Positions 8,922 to 17,371 of a stretch of 32,000 bases of DNA are shown here, piece by piece (within the stretch, counting starts at the first letter, position 1; each line of letters opens with the position of its first letter). A model generated the notes under the pieces. It was not told the DNA's origin. It made no database searches and saw only the letters and a program-made list of their open reading frames with translations. The position numbers and the translations under genes were made by a program. The DNA comes from Haloferax volcanii DS2 (GTDB taxonomy: Archaea > Halobacteriota > Halobacteria > Halobacteriales > Haloferacaceae), in contig NC_013967.1 of the NCBI RefSeq assembly GCF_000025685.1, positions 2,040,001 through 2,072,000 of the forward strand, read 5' to 3'.

Positions 8922-9251
8922 CACATCCCGTTTCGGTCGGTTCTCGGTTCGGTCACGCGCTTCTCTCCGTTCTTCCAGCCGTCCGCTCGTTTCCACGACA
9001 CCGAACCGCGTTCGCTGCGTCGCCGGTCCCCGCTCGCCAGCACAGTATTGCATTAGAACGGCACTATCAAGGGAACATACCGATAGTACGCAAGAAATAT
9101 AACACATCGAGACGACGTATCAGACGGACGATACTGGGGGGACGAGACCATCATCACATCTGACACACGGACACGAACTGAGTACGAACCGACGCGTGTT
9201 TGGTACGACTGCGAGCGTACCGAACCGGTCTCTGAGGCGGTCGCCGCAGCC

Positions 9252-9452
9252 GTGGACAAACACGCCCGCGGCGACGCGGACCTGCCGCCGCTCACAGACC
9301 ACGTAGACACCGACGCCCTCGATACCCTGTTCGGCCGCGACACGCCGGGCGCTCCGCGCGTCTCGGGTGCCTCGCTCGAATTCGACTACGCCGACTTCGT
9401 CGTCACCGTCGAGTCCGTCGGCCGCATCGAAGTTCGGGACGCGGGCCGGTAA
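9252..9452 (+). CDS. HalOD1 (halobacterial output domain 1)-like small protein; 5' end unresolved
   Basis: The track ORF starts at GTG 9252. The LPPLTDHVDTDALDTLF...SLEFDYADFVVTVESVGRIEVRD pattern matches the HalOD1 signature as I recall it. The frame is open back to 9087 and encodes domain-like sequence (TEPVSEAVAAAV), but has no ATG/GTG/TTG there. Confidence 0.45.
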   Translation: MDKHARGDADLPPLTDHVDTDALDTLFGRDTPGAPRVSGASLEFDYADFVVTVESVGRIEVRDAGR

Positions 9453-9728
9453 TCTGCCGGGTCGTTCGGCACGACGCTGTGACGGGTCGAGCGTCGCCGG
9501 CGGGACCGCTCGCCCTCGCCGTCTCGACCCGCGCCAATCGCTCTCGAAGTCGTCTGAGATGTTCGTTCGAACGAGACCACCGGACGCGGTCTCAACGTTA
9601 TCAGTTAAGAACTTTCTGGCAGAAATATTGCAGTTTATTTGAATTACTGTCCCGAATAACGGCGAGTGAAACGCCTCCGCGTCCTCGCCGCGACGTACCT
9701 TTTTGTCTCGTGGACGCCGACAAGGGGT

Positions 9729-10007
9729 ATGGAACTCGAATTACGCTTCTTCGCGACGTTTCGAGAGGTGGTGGGTCAGAAGTCCATCTACTGGCGGGTC
9801 GACGACGACGCGACGGTCGGAGATGTCCTCCGGTCGCTGGAAGCGGAGTACGACGGCCTCGCCGGCCGACTCATCGAGGACGGCGAGGTCAAGCCGCACG
9901 TGAACGTGCTGAAAAACGGGCGCGAGGTGGTCCACCTCGACGGGATGGCCACGGCGCTCGACGACGGGGACGCCGTGAGCGTCTTCCCGCCGGTCGCGGG
10001 GGGCTGA
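9729..10007 (+). CDS. samp3: ubiquitin-like small archaeal modifier protein, MoaD/ThiS family (SAMP3-like)
   Basis: Internal Met of track ORF 9666..10007 gives a 92-aa protein, MELELRFFATFREVVGQKSIYW...DAVSVFPPVAGG, ending in Gly-Gly followed by a stop. A T-rich element (cctttttg, about 9698-9705) lies about 27 nt upstream. Confidence 0.8.
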   Translation: MELELRFFATFREVVGQKSIYWRVDDDATVGDVLRSLEAEYDGLAGRLIEDGEVKPHVNVLKNGREVVHLDGMATALDDGDAVSVFPPVAGG

Positions 10008-10008
10008 C

Positions 10009-10266
10009 GTGGCGCGCCGACAGCGGGCCTTCCGCGGCATCTCGCCCCGCCTCGCGATTCAGTACCTCGAAGGGCTCGGCGGCGAGGCCGACGGCGACGG
10101 CCGCGTGGTCGGTCCCGACTGGGCCGTCGACATCGAGACCGAGGAGGTCACGATAACGAGCAGTATCCAGCTCACCGAAGTGCAACTCGCGTTCGAGGGC
10201 GACGAGGAGACGCTCGACGACCTCGTCGAGCGGTTCGCCCGCAAGGCGATGCGCGCGGGGGGATGA
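10009..10266 (+). CDS. MoaD-related C-terminal-domain protein (stand-alone), ends in Gly-Gly
   Basis: 85 aa. Its GTG start is one base after the samp3 TGA. The acidic protein ends ...FARKAMRAGG followed by a stop. The family assignment is from memory of the archaeal MoaD C-terminal domain. Confidence 0.6.
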   Translation: MARRQRAFRGISPRLAIQYLEGLGGEADGDGRVVGPDWAVDIETEEVTITSSIQLTEVQLAFEGDEETLDDLVERFARKAMRAGG

Positions 10267-10733
10267 CCGTGGGGGCCGACGGCGACCGGCGACCGGGTCG
10301 CGAACGACTCAGCGAGCGCCTCGCACCCGACGGCGACGACGGCGCGCCCCGCGGGGGTGCCATCGACGGCACGGCCATCATGCTCGCGGCCGCGAAGGCG
10401 AGCGTCCCCGCCAGCAGTCTGCCGCGGCTGCTCGACCGGGCGCAGGCGTACCTCGACGGGCGGGCGACCGAGTACGCACAGGGGTTCGAGTGCGTCCGCG
10501 AGGACGACGACGCGGCGGTGTATCTCGTCCCGCTGGGCCACTGGGACACGAAGGGGCTCGACCTCGACTTTTCCCACCGTGAGGTCGACGCCGTCCGCCG
10601 GGCGCACGCCGAACACCTCCGGCGGGTCGGCGCGGACGCCGACCGCCGCGACGAGTTCGAGACGGCGCTCGAAATCCGCGAGGTCGCCGTCGTCAGTCGG
10701 GAGGGAAAAAGCCGGCAATCCGCCCGACGATAG
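10263..10733 (+). CDS. hypothetical protein, third gene of the samp3 operon
   Basis: 156 aa with high GC3. Its ATG lies inside GGATGA, overlapping the previous stop. I recognise no domain. Confidence 0.55.
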   Translation: MTVGADGDRRPGRERLSERLAPDGDDGAPRGGAIDGTAIMLAAAKASVPASSLPRLLDRAQAYLDGRATEYAQGFECVREDDDAAVYLVPLGHWDTKGLDLDFSHREVDAVRRAHAEHLRRVGADADRRDEFETALEIREVAVVSREGKSRQSARR

Positions 10734-10769
10734 ACGGCTATTTTGGGGACGGTGCCCTGCTACCGACAG

Positions 10770-11465
10770 ATGCCAACCGTTTCCTCCGACCTCCTCGACG
10801 GCGTCCGGGCCGCGGGGCCGCTCCAACTCGGCATCGCGCCGTTCGGCCTCGTCGCCGGCGTCGCGGCCGTCGAGCAGGGGCTGTCGGTCGCGCACGCCCT
10901 CGGGTTCTCCAGTGTCGTCTTCGCCGGTGCGTCGCAGCTCGCCATGATAGAACTCCTCGGTGCGGACGCGCCGCTGGCTATCGTCGTCGGCACGGCGGTC
11001 GTCATCAACCTGCGGACGATGATGTACTCGGCCTCTATCGCGCCCTACTTCCGCGACCTGACCGCCCGGTCGAAGGCGCTCGCGTCGTACCTGCTGACCG
11101 ACCAGGCGTACGCCGTCTCAATCGCCCGCTACGGCCGCGACGGCGAGACCGACCGCTTCGCGTACTACGTCGGTGCGGGCGCGTCGCTGTGGCTCGTCTG
11201 GCAGGTGACGACCGTCGCCGGCGCGCTCCTCGGCTCCGGGCTCCCGCCCGAGTGGGGCTTCGACTTCGCCGCGCCGCTGGTCTTTCTCGCCCTGCTCGTC
11301 CCCACGCTGAAGGACCGCGCCTCCGGCGCGTCGTGTCTGGTCGGCGGCCTCGTCGCCACCGGCGTCGTCGTCGCGGGCGTCCCGTTCCACCTCGACATCA
11401 TCGTCGCGGCCGTCGTCGGCGTCCTCGCCGGCCTCGCGGTCGACTCGCTCGGAGGCGACGCCTGA
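10770..11465 (+). CDS. azlC: AzlC family branched-chain amino acid exporter subunit
   Basis: Track ORF 10743..11465. I prefer ATG 10770, because a ctatttt element lies about 28 nt upstream. The AzlC-like sequence is GIAPFGLVAGVAAVEQGLS...VFAGASQLAMIELL...VINLRTMMYSASIAPYF. Confidence 0.8.
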   Translation: MPTVSSDLLDGVRAAGPLQLGIAPFGLVAGVAAVEQGLSVAHALGFSSVVFAGASQLAMIELLGADAPLAIVVGTAVVINLRTMMYSASIAPYFRDLTARSKALASYLLTDQAYAVSIARYGRDGETDRFAYYVGAGASLWLVWQVTTVAGALLGSGLPPEWGFDFAAPLVFLALLVPTLKDRASGASCLVGGLVATGVVVAGVPFHLDIIVAAVVGVLAGLAVDSLGGDA

Positions 11466-11804
11466 ATGCCGACCGGCTACGACTCGGCGACCGTCTGGCT
11501 CGTCATCGCCCTCGCGGGCGTCCTCACGTTCGCCATCCGCGGGTCGTTCATCTACCTGTTCGGCCGCATCGACGACGTGCCGCCGGCGGTCGAGTCGGCC
11601 TTGGAGTACGTCCCCGCGGCCGTGTTCGCCGCGCTCGTCTTCCCCGCGCTCTTGGCTCCATCCGGCGACCTCGCGGTCTCCGTCGGCAACGACAAACTCG
11701 TCGCGGGCGCGCTGGCCGCGCTCGCCGCGTGGTACACAGAACGCGTGCTCGCCACCATCCTCGTCGGCATGGGCGCGCTCTGGGTCCTCCGGTTCGTCGT
11801 CTGA
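11466..11804 (+). CDS. azlD: AzlD family membrane protein
   Basis: 112 aa with four hydrophobic helices. Its ATG directly abuts the azlC TGA. This is the classic azlCD pairing. Confidence 0.7.
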   Translation: MPTGYDSATVWLVIALAGVLTFAIRGSFIYLFGRIDDVPPAVESALEYVPAAVFAALVFPALLAPSGDLAVSVGNDKLVAGALAALAAWYTERVLATILVGMGALWVLRFVV

Positions 11805-11880
11805 GCCGCTGTCAGCCCTGTTCGTTGACCCGTCGCATCCCCCCAAGATACTCGTCCCGCGGGCGACCACGACCGCACGT

Positions 11881-12600
11881 ATGCCCTCTCCGTTCCCGCG
11901 CCTCTTCTCGCTCCCCCGCGACGACGAGGGTCGCCCTCTCCTGCCGACCGGGTTCGCCGCCGGCGTCGCCGCGTTCGTCGTCGGCACGGTCGCGGTCGCC
12001 GGCTGGCTCGCCCTCGCCACCGACGGCCCGTTTTCCACGCTCGACGCCGCGACCGAGATGACCGGCGGCAAGCCCGTTCCGGCCCCGTTCGTCCCCGTCT
12101 GGACGTTCGGCGGCGCGATGGGCCTACCCGTCCGCCTCGTCGAGACGACCGGTCCCGGGCACGCGGTCGTCCTCCGAAACCTCGTCGACGGACTCGACGG
12201 CCCCGCCGACCCGTGGTACTGGCTGGGCGCGCTGCCGCCCGCCTGCCTCTTTCTCGCCGGCGTCGTCACGGCGCGCCTCACGGCGTGGTCTCGACGCCCC
12301 GCCGAGGGGTTCGCCACCGGGTCGTCCGTCGCCGTCGGCTTCGCCGCCGCCGTCGCAGTCACCGCGCTCGTCGCCCGCGTCGGCCTCGGTGACGTGCCCC
12401 CGAACGCGGAGGGGTTCGTCTGCGTCGGTTCGACCGGGTTCCACCCGACCGACCTCGACGGCGACTCCGTCGGCCTCCCGCTTTGGGGGGCGTTCTCCGG
12501 GCTGGTGTACGGCGTCGTCTTCGGCGGGCTCGGCGGGGCGGTGGCGTCGCTCGTCGGGCGACTCGTCTCCGCGGTTCGCAATCGGTCGAAAAAGGCGTGA
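11881..12600 (+). CDS. hypothetical membrane protein
   Basis: 239 aa with several Gly/Ala/Val-rich TM helices and high GC3. I recognise no family. Confidence 0.5.
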   Translation: MPSPFPRLFSLPRDDEGRPLLPTGFAAGVAAFVVGTVAVAGWLALATDGPFSTLDAATEMTGGKPVPAPFVPVWTFGGAMGLPVRLVETTGPGHAVVLRNLVDGLDGPADPWYWLGALPPACLFLAGVVTARLTAWSRRPAEGFATGSSVAVGFAAAVAVTALVARVGLGDVPPNAEGFVCVGSTGFHPTDLDGDSVGLPLWGAFSGLVYGVVFGGLGGAVASLVGRLVSAVRNRSKKA

Positions 12601-12654
12601 TTCGGATTCGCGCGGGAGCCGATTGGACCGAACGGCGTCGGCTCGGTCGTCGGC

Positions 12655-14586
12655 TCAGTCGTCGGCGGGTGCGGGCGAGTCGCCGCGGGAGACGCCCGTG
12701 CCGGGGCCGATGTCGATGCCGAGTTCGTCGAGACGCTCGTCGGGGACGATGCCGTCGACCCACTGGCGACGAGCGTAGTACTCTTCTTTCATCTCGTCGA
12801 GTTCGCACAGTTGCCCCTCGGACGCGCCCTGTCCCGGCATCGCCCCGTCGCCCTCGACGAAGCGTCCCGGCAGCGAGTCGTCGGCGCCGTCGAAGCCGGC
12901 GAGGTTGTTGTAGTACCGCTCTAACGTGTAGATGCGGTCGCCGGTTTCGAGCAGTTCCTCTTCGGTCACGTCGCGGCCGGTCATGCCGTTGTACTGCAGG
13001 ACGTACTCCTCGATACCCTCCGCGAACGCGTTGAACTTGCAGATGTCGAACGAGTCCGAGATGGCGTGCATGTCCTGGAACAGCGCCACGAGTTCGCCCT
13101 TCCCGCGCCACTCGTGGGGGTCGTGTTTCTCCGGGATGCCGAGAATCTCGGCGGACGGCGTGTAGCCGCGGAGGTGACACGCGCCGCGGTTCGAGGTGGC
13201 GTAGCCGATGCCCATGCCCTTCATGCAGCGGGGGTCGTACGCCGGGATAGTCTGGCCCTTGACGGCCAGCGAGTTGTCGTGGGCGTCGAAGCGCTCGGCG
13301 AGGCCGTTTGCGCCCTCCGCGAGCGCGTCCGCGAGGTCGCCGCCGCGGTTCGCAATCTCGGTGATGAGGTCTATCATGCGCTCGGTGTCGCCCCAGTCGA
13401 GCTGCTCGCTCAGGCCGTCGAGCTTGCCCTGTTCGGACATCTCCATCGCCATCGCCATCATGTTGCCCACCTCGATGGTGTCGACCCCCATGTCGTTACA
13501 GCGGTCGATCATGACGGCGATTTCGTCGCGCTCGGTGTGCCCGGAGTTCGGGCCCAGCGCGTAGGCGGACTCGTACTCGTAGGACTCGCCGCGGACGTTC
13601 ATCTCCTCGCCTTTGTGCATCACCGACACCTCGACTTCCTTCTTACAGGCGACCGGGCAGGAGTGACACGTCGGCTCGTCGACGAGGATGTTCTCGCGGA
13701 CGTTCTCGCCGGAGACGCGCTCGGAGTCGATGTCCGCGCCCTCGGCGTCTCGCATCGCCGCGGTCGAGGTGTACTTCCCGTTTTTCGTCGGGAGGCCGTC
13801 GAGCTCCTCGCCCGCGTTCATCAGGACGTTCGTCCCGTACAGCGACAGGCCGCCCTCGTTGGGCGCGGTGACCTCGGACTCGCGGATGAGCTGCATCGCC
13901 TGCTGGTAGCCCTGCTTGAACGTGTCGGCGTCGGCGGGCTTCGGCATCCGCGTGCCGGACTTCACGACGATCGCCTTGAGGTTCTTCGAGCCCATGACCG
14001 CCCCCGTACCGCCGCGGCCGGACGCGCGGTCGTCCTCGTTGACGATACAGCCGTACTTGACCTCGTTTTCGCCGCCGGGGCCGATAGCCATTATCGAGAG
14101 GTTCTTGCCGAGGCTCCCTTCGACCTCGCCTTCGAGCTCCTCGATTGTCTCGTGGACGCCCTTTCCCCAGAGGTGTTCGGCGTCGTGGAGCGTCAGTTCG
14201 CCGTCTTCGACGACGGCGTAGCTCGGCCGCTCGGCCTTGCCCGTGAACAGGAGGCCGTCGAAGCCGGACCACTTGAGCCGCGCGCCGCTCCAGCCGCCGT
14301 GGTGCGAGTCGGTGACGGTCCCCGTGAGCGGGGATTTCGTCACGACCGCGATTCGGCCGCTCATCACGGTCTGCGTACCGGTGAGCGGGCCGGTCATGAA
14401 CGCGAGGAGGTTGTCCGGTCCGAGCGGGTCCACGTCCGGTCCCTGGTCGAAGACGTACTTCACGCCGAGGCCGCGGGCCCCGATGTACTTCTTTGCGTCC
14501 TCGTCGTCGATTCCCTCGTACGCGATGTCGCCGGACGACAGATCCACCCGAGCGACCCTGTCGTGATAACCACCGAGTTCAGTCAT
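12655..14586 (-). CDS. aor: aldehyde:ferredoxin oxidoreductase (tungsto/molybdopterin AOR family)
   Basis: 643 aa. The N-terminus (GGYHDRVARVDLSSGDIAYE) aligns with the AOR N-terminal domain. The [4Fe-4S] ligand region CHSCPVAC is present. DxxGxC/D-type pterin-binding regions (DRCNDMGVDT, ICKFNAF) are also present. Confidence 0.9.
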   Translation of the reverse strand: MTELGGYHDRVARVDLSSGDIAYEGIDDEDAKKYIGARGLGVKYVFDQGPDVDPLGPDNLLAFMTGPLTGTQTVMSGRIAVVTKSPLTGTVTDSHHGGWSGARLKWSGFDGLLFTGKAERPSYAVVEDGELTLHDAEHLWGKGVHETIEELEGEVEGSLGKNLSIMAIGPGGENEVKYGCIVNEDDRASGRGGTGAVMGSKNLKAIVVKSGTRMPKPADADTFKQGYQQAMQLIRESEVTAPNEGGLSLYGTNVLMNAGEELDGLPTKNGKYTSTAAMRDAEGADIDSERVSGENVRENILVDEPTCHSCPVACKKEVEVSVMHKGEEMNVRGESYEYESAYALGPNSGHTERDEIAVMIDRCNDMGVDTIEVGNMMAMAMEMSEQGKLDGLSEQLDWGDTERMIDLITEIANRGGDLADALAEGANGLAERFDAHDNSLAVKGQTIPAYDPRCMKGMGIGYATSNRGACHLRGYTPSAEILGIPEKHDPHEWRGKGELVALFQDMHAISDSFDICKFNAFAEGIEEYVLQYNGMTGRDVTEEELLETGDRIYTLERYYNNLAGFDGADDSLPGRFVEGDGAMPGQGASEGQLCELDEMKEEYYARRQWVDGIVPDERLDELGIDIGPGTGVSRGDSPAPADD

Positions 14587-14712
14587 TGTAATCCTCGTTG
14601 ATTATATACGGTCGCTGTCGGGTTAGTGATTCCCACCTCGACGTAACCGTTCGAGGTTACGCCGACGCGAGCCGGCGCCGGACTGTCTCGGGATTGCGGC
14701 AATCCGTGCGAC

Positions 14713-14970
14713 TCATCCCGGTTGCGGGCCGGCGGCCCGGAGCGAGACGGTTCCGGTGGCGTCGACGACGACACTCGCGGGGCCGCGCGGCGGACAGGAC
14801 CACCACGTTCCCGAGGTTGCCGCGCCGGTTTCGAGGCTCACCGAGACGGCGTGCGGCCCGGAGGTCGTCACGGGGACGAGTTCGCGGGCCTCGTCGGGGT
14901 CGAGCGCGAGCGTGCGGTCGAACGACTCGCCGCCGCCCGCGAGAAGCGAGAGGAGCGTGCGGCGCTCCAT
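14713..14970 (-). CDS. small hypothetical protein upstream of aor
   Basis: Internal Met of track ORF 14713..15051: MERRTLLSLLAGGGESFDRTLALDPDEARELV..., 85 aa. It has a twin-Arg N-terminus, but the hydrophobic region is too short for a convincing Tat signal. Support is only the open frame and codon bias. Confidence 0.35.
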   Translation of the reverse strand: MERRTLLSLLAGGGESFDRTLALDPDEARELVPVTTSGPHAVSVSLETGAATSGTWWSCPPRGPASVVVDATGTVSLRAAGPQPG

Positions 14971-15101
14971 ACCCCTCATACGGGCGCGGCGCATATGAAC
15001 GTCTGTCGCGGCCGCTGCCCCCCGCGACGCGGCGCTCCGCCGTCGCGACACCGGCCTCCAAAACAGCTATTCCGTCGGCAGTCAGTCGTTCTCACGAATC
15101 G

Positions 15102-15935
15102 ATGGGACTCGCCAGCTTCCTCGGCGCGATTGACACCGCGAGCCGGTCGCTCTCGGTAGTCAATCGCTCGGCTCCCGACCCCGTACAGCGGATGCTCGAA
15201 ATCACGTTCGCCGACCAGCCGGTCGACGTCGACGAACTCTCCGACGACGCGCGCGGCGACGACGTGGTCGTGCTCACCGAGCAGACGGCCGAGGGGCACG
15301 AGGTCGTCGCGACCTCGCCGCTGGAGGAGGTGATGAACTCCGTCCTCCTCGTGAACTCCGACCTCTACAAGACGGGGCAGGCGAAGCTCGACGAGTTCGA
15401 ACTTCCGTCGGTGCTCACCCGACTCGACGACGTGCCGTTCTCGCTTCGTGGCTATCCCGAATCGGACAAGGAGAAACTGCTCCTCGTGGCGATTTCGCGG
15501 TACATCGAGCGCCACGCGTGGCGCGCCGGCAACGGCAGGCTCCGGTCGTCGTTCCAGCGACTCTCCCGAATCGAAGACGAGCGCGGGACGCGAGCGGTCT
15601 ACAAGAAGGTCGCGTCGACCGACGTGCAGACCCACATCTACGGCATCCCGGACTGGTCGCCGCCGACCAACTCGAACCTCGTGACCCACGGCGGCTACAC
15701 GGACGACTTCTACGACTCGTGGTTCGTCGTCTACACGCCGCCCGAAGACGAGTCGGTCGAGGCTGAACCGGGCGACCGAACTGCGGCGAGCGACGGGCGT
15801 CTCGACGACGTGGAACCGGACCAGCCCGTCGCCCTCCTCGCCTTGGAGACCGAGCCGAAGCGCTGGGAGGGCTACTGGACGTTCCGGCCGTCGCTCGTTT
15901 CCGACATCGACCGCTACATCTCGCGGAACATGTGA
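15102..15935 (+). CDS. DICT-like sensory domain protein
   Basis: 277 aa from ATG 15102; the upstream part of track ORF 14598..15935 is Arg-rich antisense noise. The acidic soluble protein starts MGLASFLGAIDTASRSLSVVNRS.... The DICT assignment is from memory of haloarchaeal homologues and was not searched. Confidence 0.5.
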   Translation: MGLASFLGAIDTASRSLSVVNRSAPDPVQRMLEITFADQPVDVDELSDDARGDDVVVLTEQTAEGHEVVATSPLEEVMNSVLLVNSDLYKTGQAKLDEFELPSVLTRLDDVPFSLRGYPESDKEKLLLVAISRYIERHAWRAGNGRLRSSFQRLSRIEDERGTRAVYKKVASTDVQTHIYGIPDWSPPTNSNLVTHGGYTDDFYDSWFVVYTPPEDESVEAEPGDRTAASDGRLDDVEPDQPVALLALETEPKRWEGYWTFRPSLVSDIDRYISRNM

Positions 15936-16013
15936 CGGCGGGACGGGCCGGCGACCGCCGCCCGCCGCCCCCAGACGAAGCCGCTTTACGCACCCGTCCG
16001 ATACGGGTATCCA

Positions 16014-17096
16014 ATGAGTAAGCCGAGCCCCGAGGTCTACGAACGGGGACGCGGGATGGACGCGCACAACAAGGTGATGCGCGACATCCGTTCGCAAAAG
16101 CAGAAGACCTACGACCCCCACGAGCCCACTCGGGTGTGGATAGACGAGGACAACACGCCCGACGGCGTCTACGACTCGCTGACGATTATCCTCAACACCG
16201 GCGGCTGCCGGTGGGCCCGCGCCGGCGGCTGTACGATGTGCGGCTACGTCGCGGAGTCCGTCGAGGGCGGCACCGTCGCCCACGAGGCGCTGATGGACCA
16301 GATTCAGGTCTGTCTCGACCACGAGGCCGAGGAGATGGACGACGGCGAAAAGGCGGGGCTCATCAAGATTTACACCTCCGGCTCGTTCCTCGACGAGCGC
16401 GAGGTGCCCGCCGAGACCCGAGACGCCATCGCCGAGACGTTTGCCGACCGCGACCGGATGGTCGTCGAGTCGCTGCCGGATTTCGTCACGCGCGAGAAAC
16501 TCGCGGACTTCACCGACCGCGGCCTCGACACCGACGTGGCAATCGGCCTCGAAACCGCCACCGACCGCGTCCGCCACGACTGCGTGAACAAGTACTTCGA
16601 CTTCGCGGACTTCGAGGACGCCTGCGAGGAGGCCGCCGCGGCCGGCGGCGGCGTCAAGGCGTACCTCCTGATGAAGCCGCCGTTCCTCTCGGAGTCCGAG
16701 GCGCTCGACGACATGAAGTCCTCCATCCGCCGGTGTGCGGCGGTCGACAACTGCCACACCGTCTCGATGAACCCGACGAACGTCCAGCGCTACACGATGG
16801 TCGACGAGCTATTCTTCAACGGCGGCTACCGCCCGCCGTGGCTCTGGTCGGTCGCAGAGGCGCTCGGCGAGACGGTTGACGTGGACGCCATCGTCGTCTC
16901 CGACCCCGTCGGCGGCGGCCAAGAGCGCGGCGCGCACAACTGCGGTGACTGCGACGAACTCGTGTTCAAGGCGGTCAAGGACTTCAACCTCCGGCAGGAC
17001 CCGAGCGTCTTCGACCAGGTGTCCTGCGACTGCGAGGCGACCTGGGAGTTCGTCCTCGACAACGAGACGAGCTACAACATGCCGCTCGTGAAGTAA
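16014..17096 (+). CDS. raSEA: radical SAM protein of the TIGR01210 / RaSEA (archaeosine biosynthesis) type
   Basis: 360 aa with a cysteine cluster GGCRWARAGGCTMCGY near the N-terminus and a C-terminal CGDCD...CDC cluster. Confidence 0.6.
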   Translation: MSKPSPEVYERGRGMDAHNKVMRDIRSQKQKTYDPHEPTRVWIDEDNTPDGVYDSLTIILNTGGCRWARAGGCTMCGYVAESVEGGTVAHEALMDQIQVCLDHEAEEMDDGEKAGLIKIYTSGSFLDEREVPAETRDAIAETFADRDRMVVESLPDFVTREKLADFTDRGLDTDVAIGLETATDRVRHDCVNKYFDFADFEDACEEAAAAGGGVKAYLLMKPPFLSESEALDDMKSSIRRCAAVDNCHTVSMNPTNVQRYTMVDELFFNGGYRPPWLWSVAEALGETVDVDAIVVSDPVGGGQERGAHNCGDCDELVFKAVKDFNLRQDPSVFDQVSCDCEATWEFVLDNETSYNMPLVK

Positions 17097-17371
17097 GCGC
17101 GCCGAGTCGCGCGACTGAGCGCCACCGCCGACGTTCGCCTTGGCGCGGGCGTACACTCGCTGAACCCGAACCCGAACCGCAGCGTCGCCCGTCCGCATCT
17201 CCGACCGTTCGTCCACAATCCCGCGTCGTTTTCCCTCATTCGGCCGCGTTAGGGGGTGCTATCCGAAAGTAACAGGCTCCTAACCGTCGAATAGGATATT
17301 CGTATCAAAGAGGGTGTGAGTCGTTGTCATATTCGGTGGTTCGGACGTGTCCATCCGAACCGCCCACCATC

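Noticed and set aside
8856-9107. ORFs 8856..9056 (+), 8896..9102 (+) and 8883..9107 (-) in the sph3-HalOD1 gap.
   Set aside because: Their translations are basic and low-complexity, unlike the acidic haloarchaeal proteome, and lie in a C/T-skewed stretch with short tandem repeats. There is no start-site context. I treat the region as non-coding.
14713-14970. The twin-arginine motif MERRTLLSLLAGGG as a Tat signal peptide.
   Set aside because: The hydrophobic stretch after RR is only about 8 residues and is followed immediately by acidic residues, which is too short for a Tat h-region.
14598-15101. N-terminal extensions offered by the track for several genes: 14598 for the DICT protein, 20276 for purU, 22763 for sir2, 23627 for the kinase, 26226 for DUF5518, 30210 for cofG, 2551 for DUF58, 9666 for samp3.
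   Set aside because: The extensions are Arg-rich or non-homologous. Internal Met codons coincide with the start of family homology and with TATA-like elements about 25-30 nt upstream, or with a GGAGGTGA Shine-Dalgarno sequence for purU.
17162-17179. Hexamer repeat gaaccc-gaaccc-gaacc downstream of the RaSEA-type gene.
   Set aside because: It has only 2.8 copies with no flanking structure, which makes it most likely a chance microsatellite.
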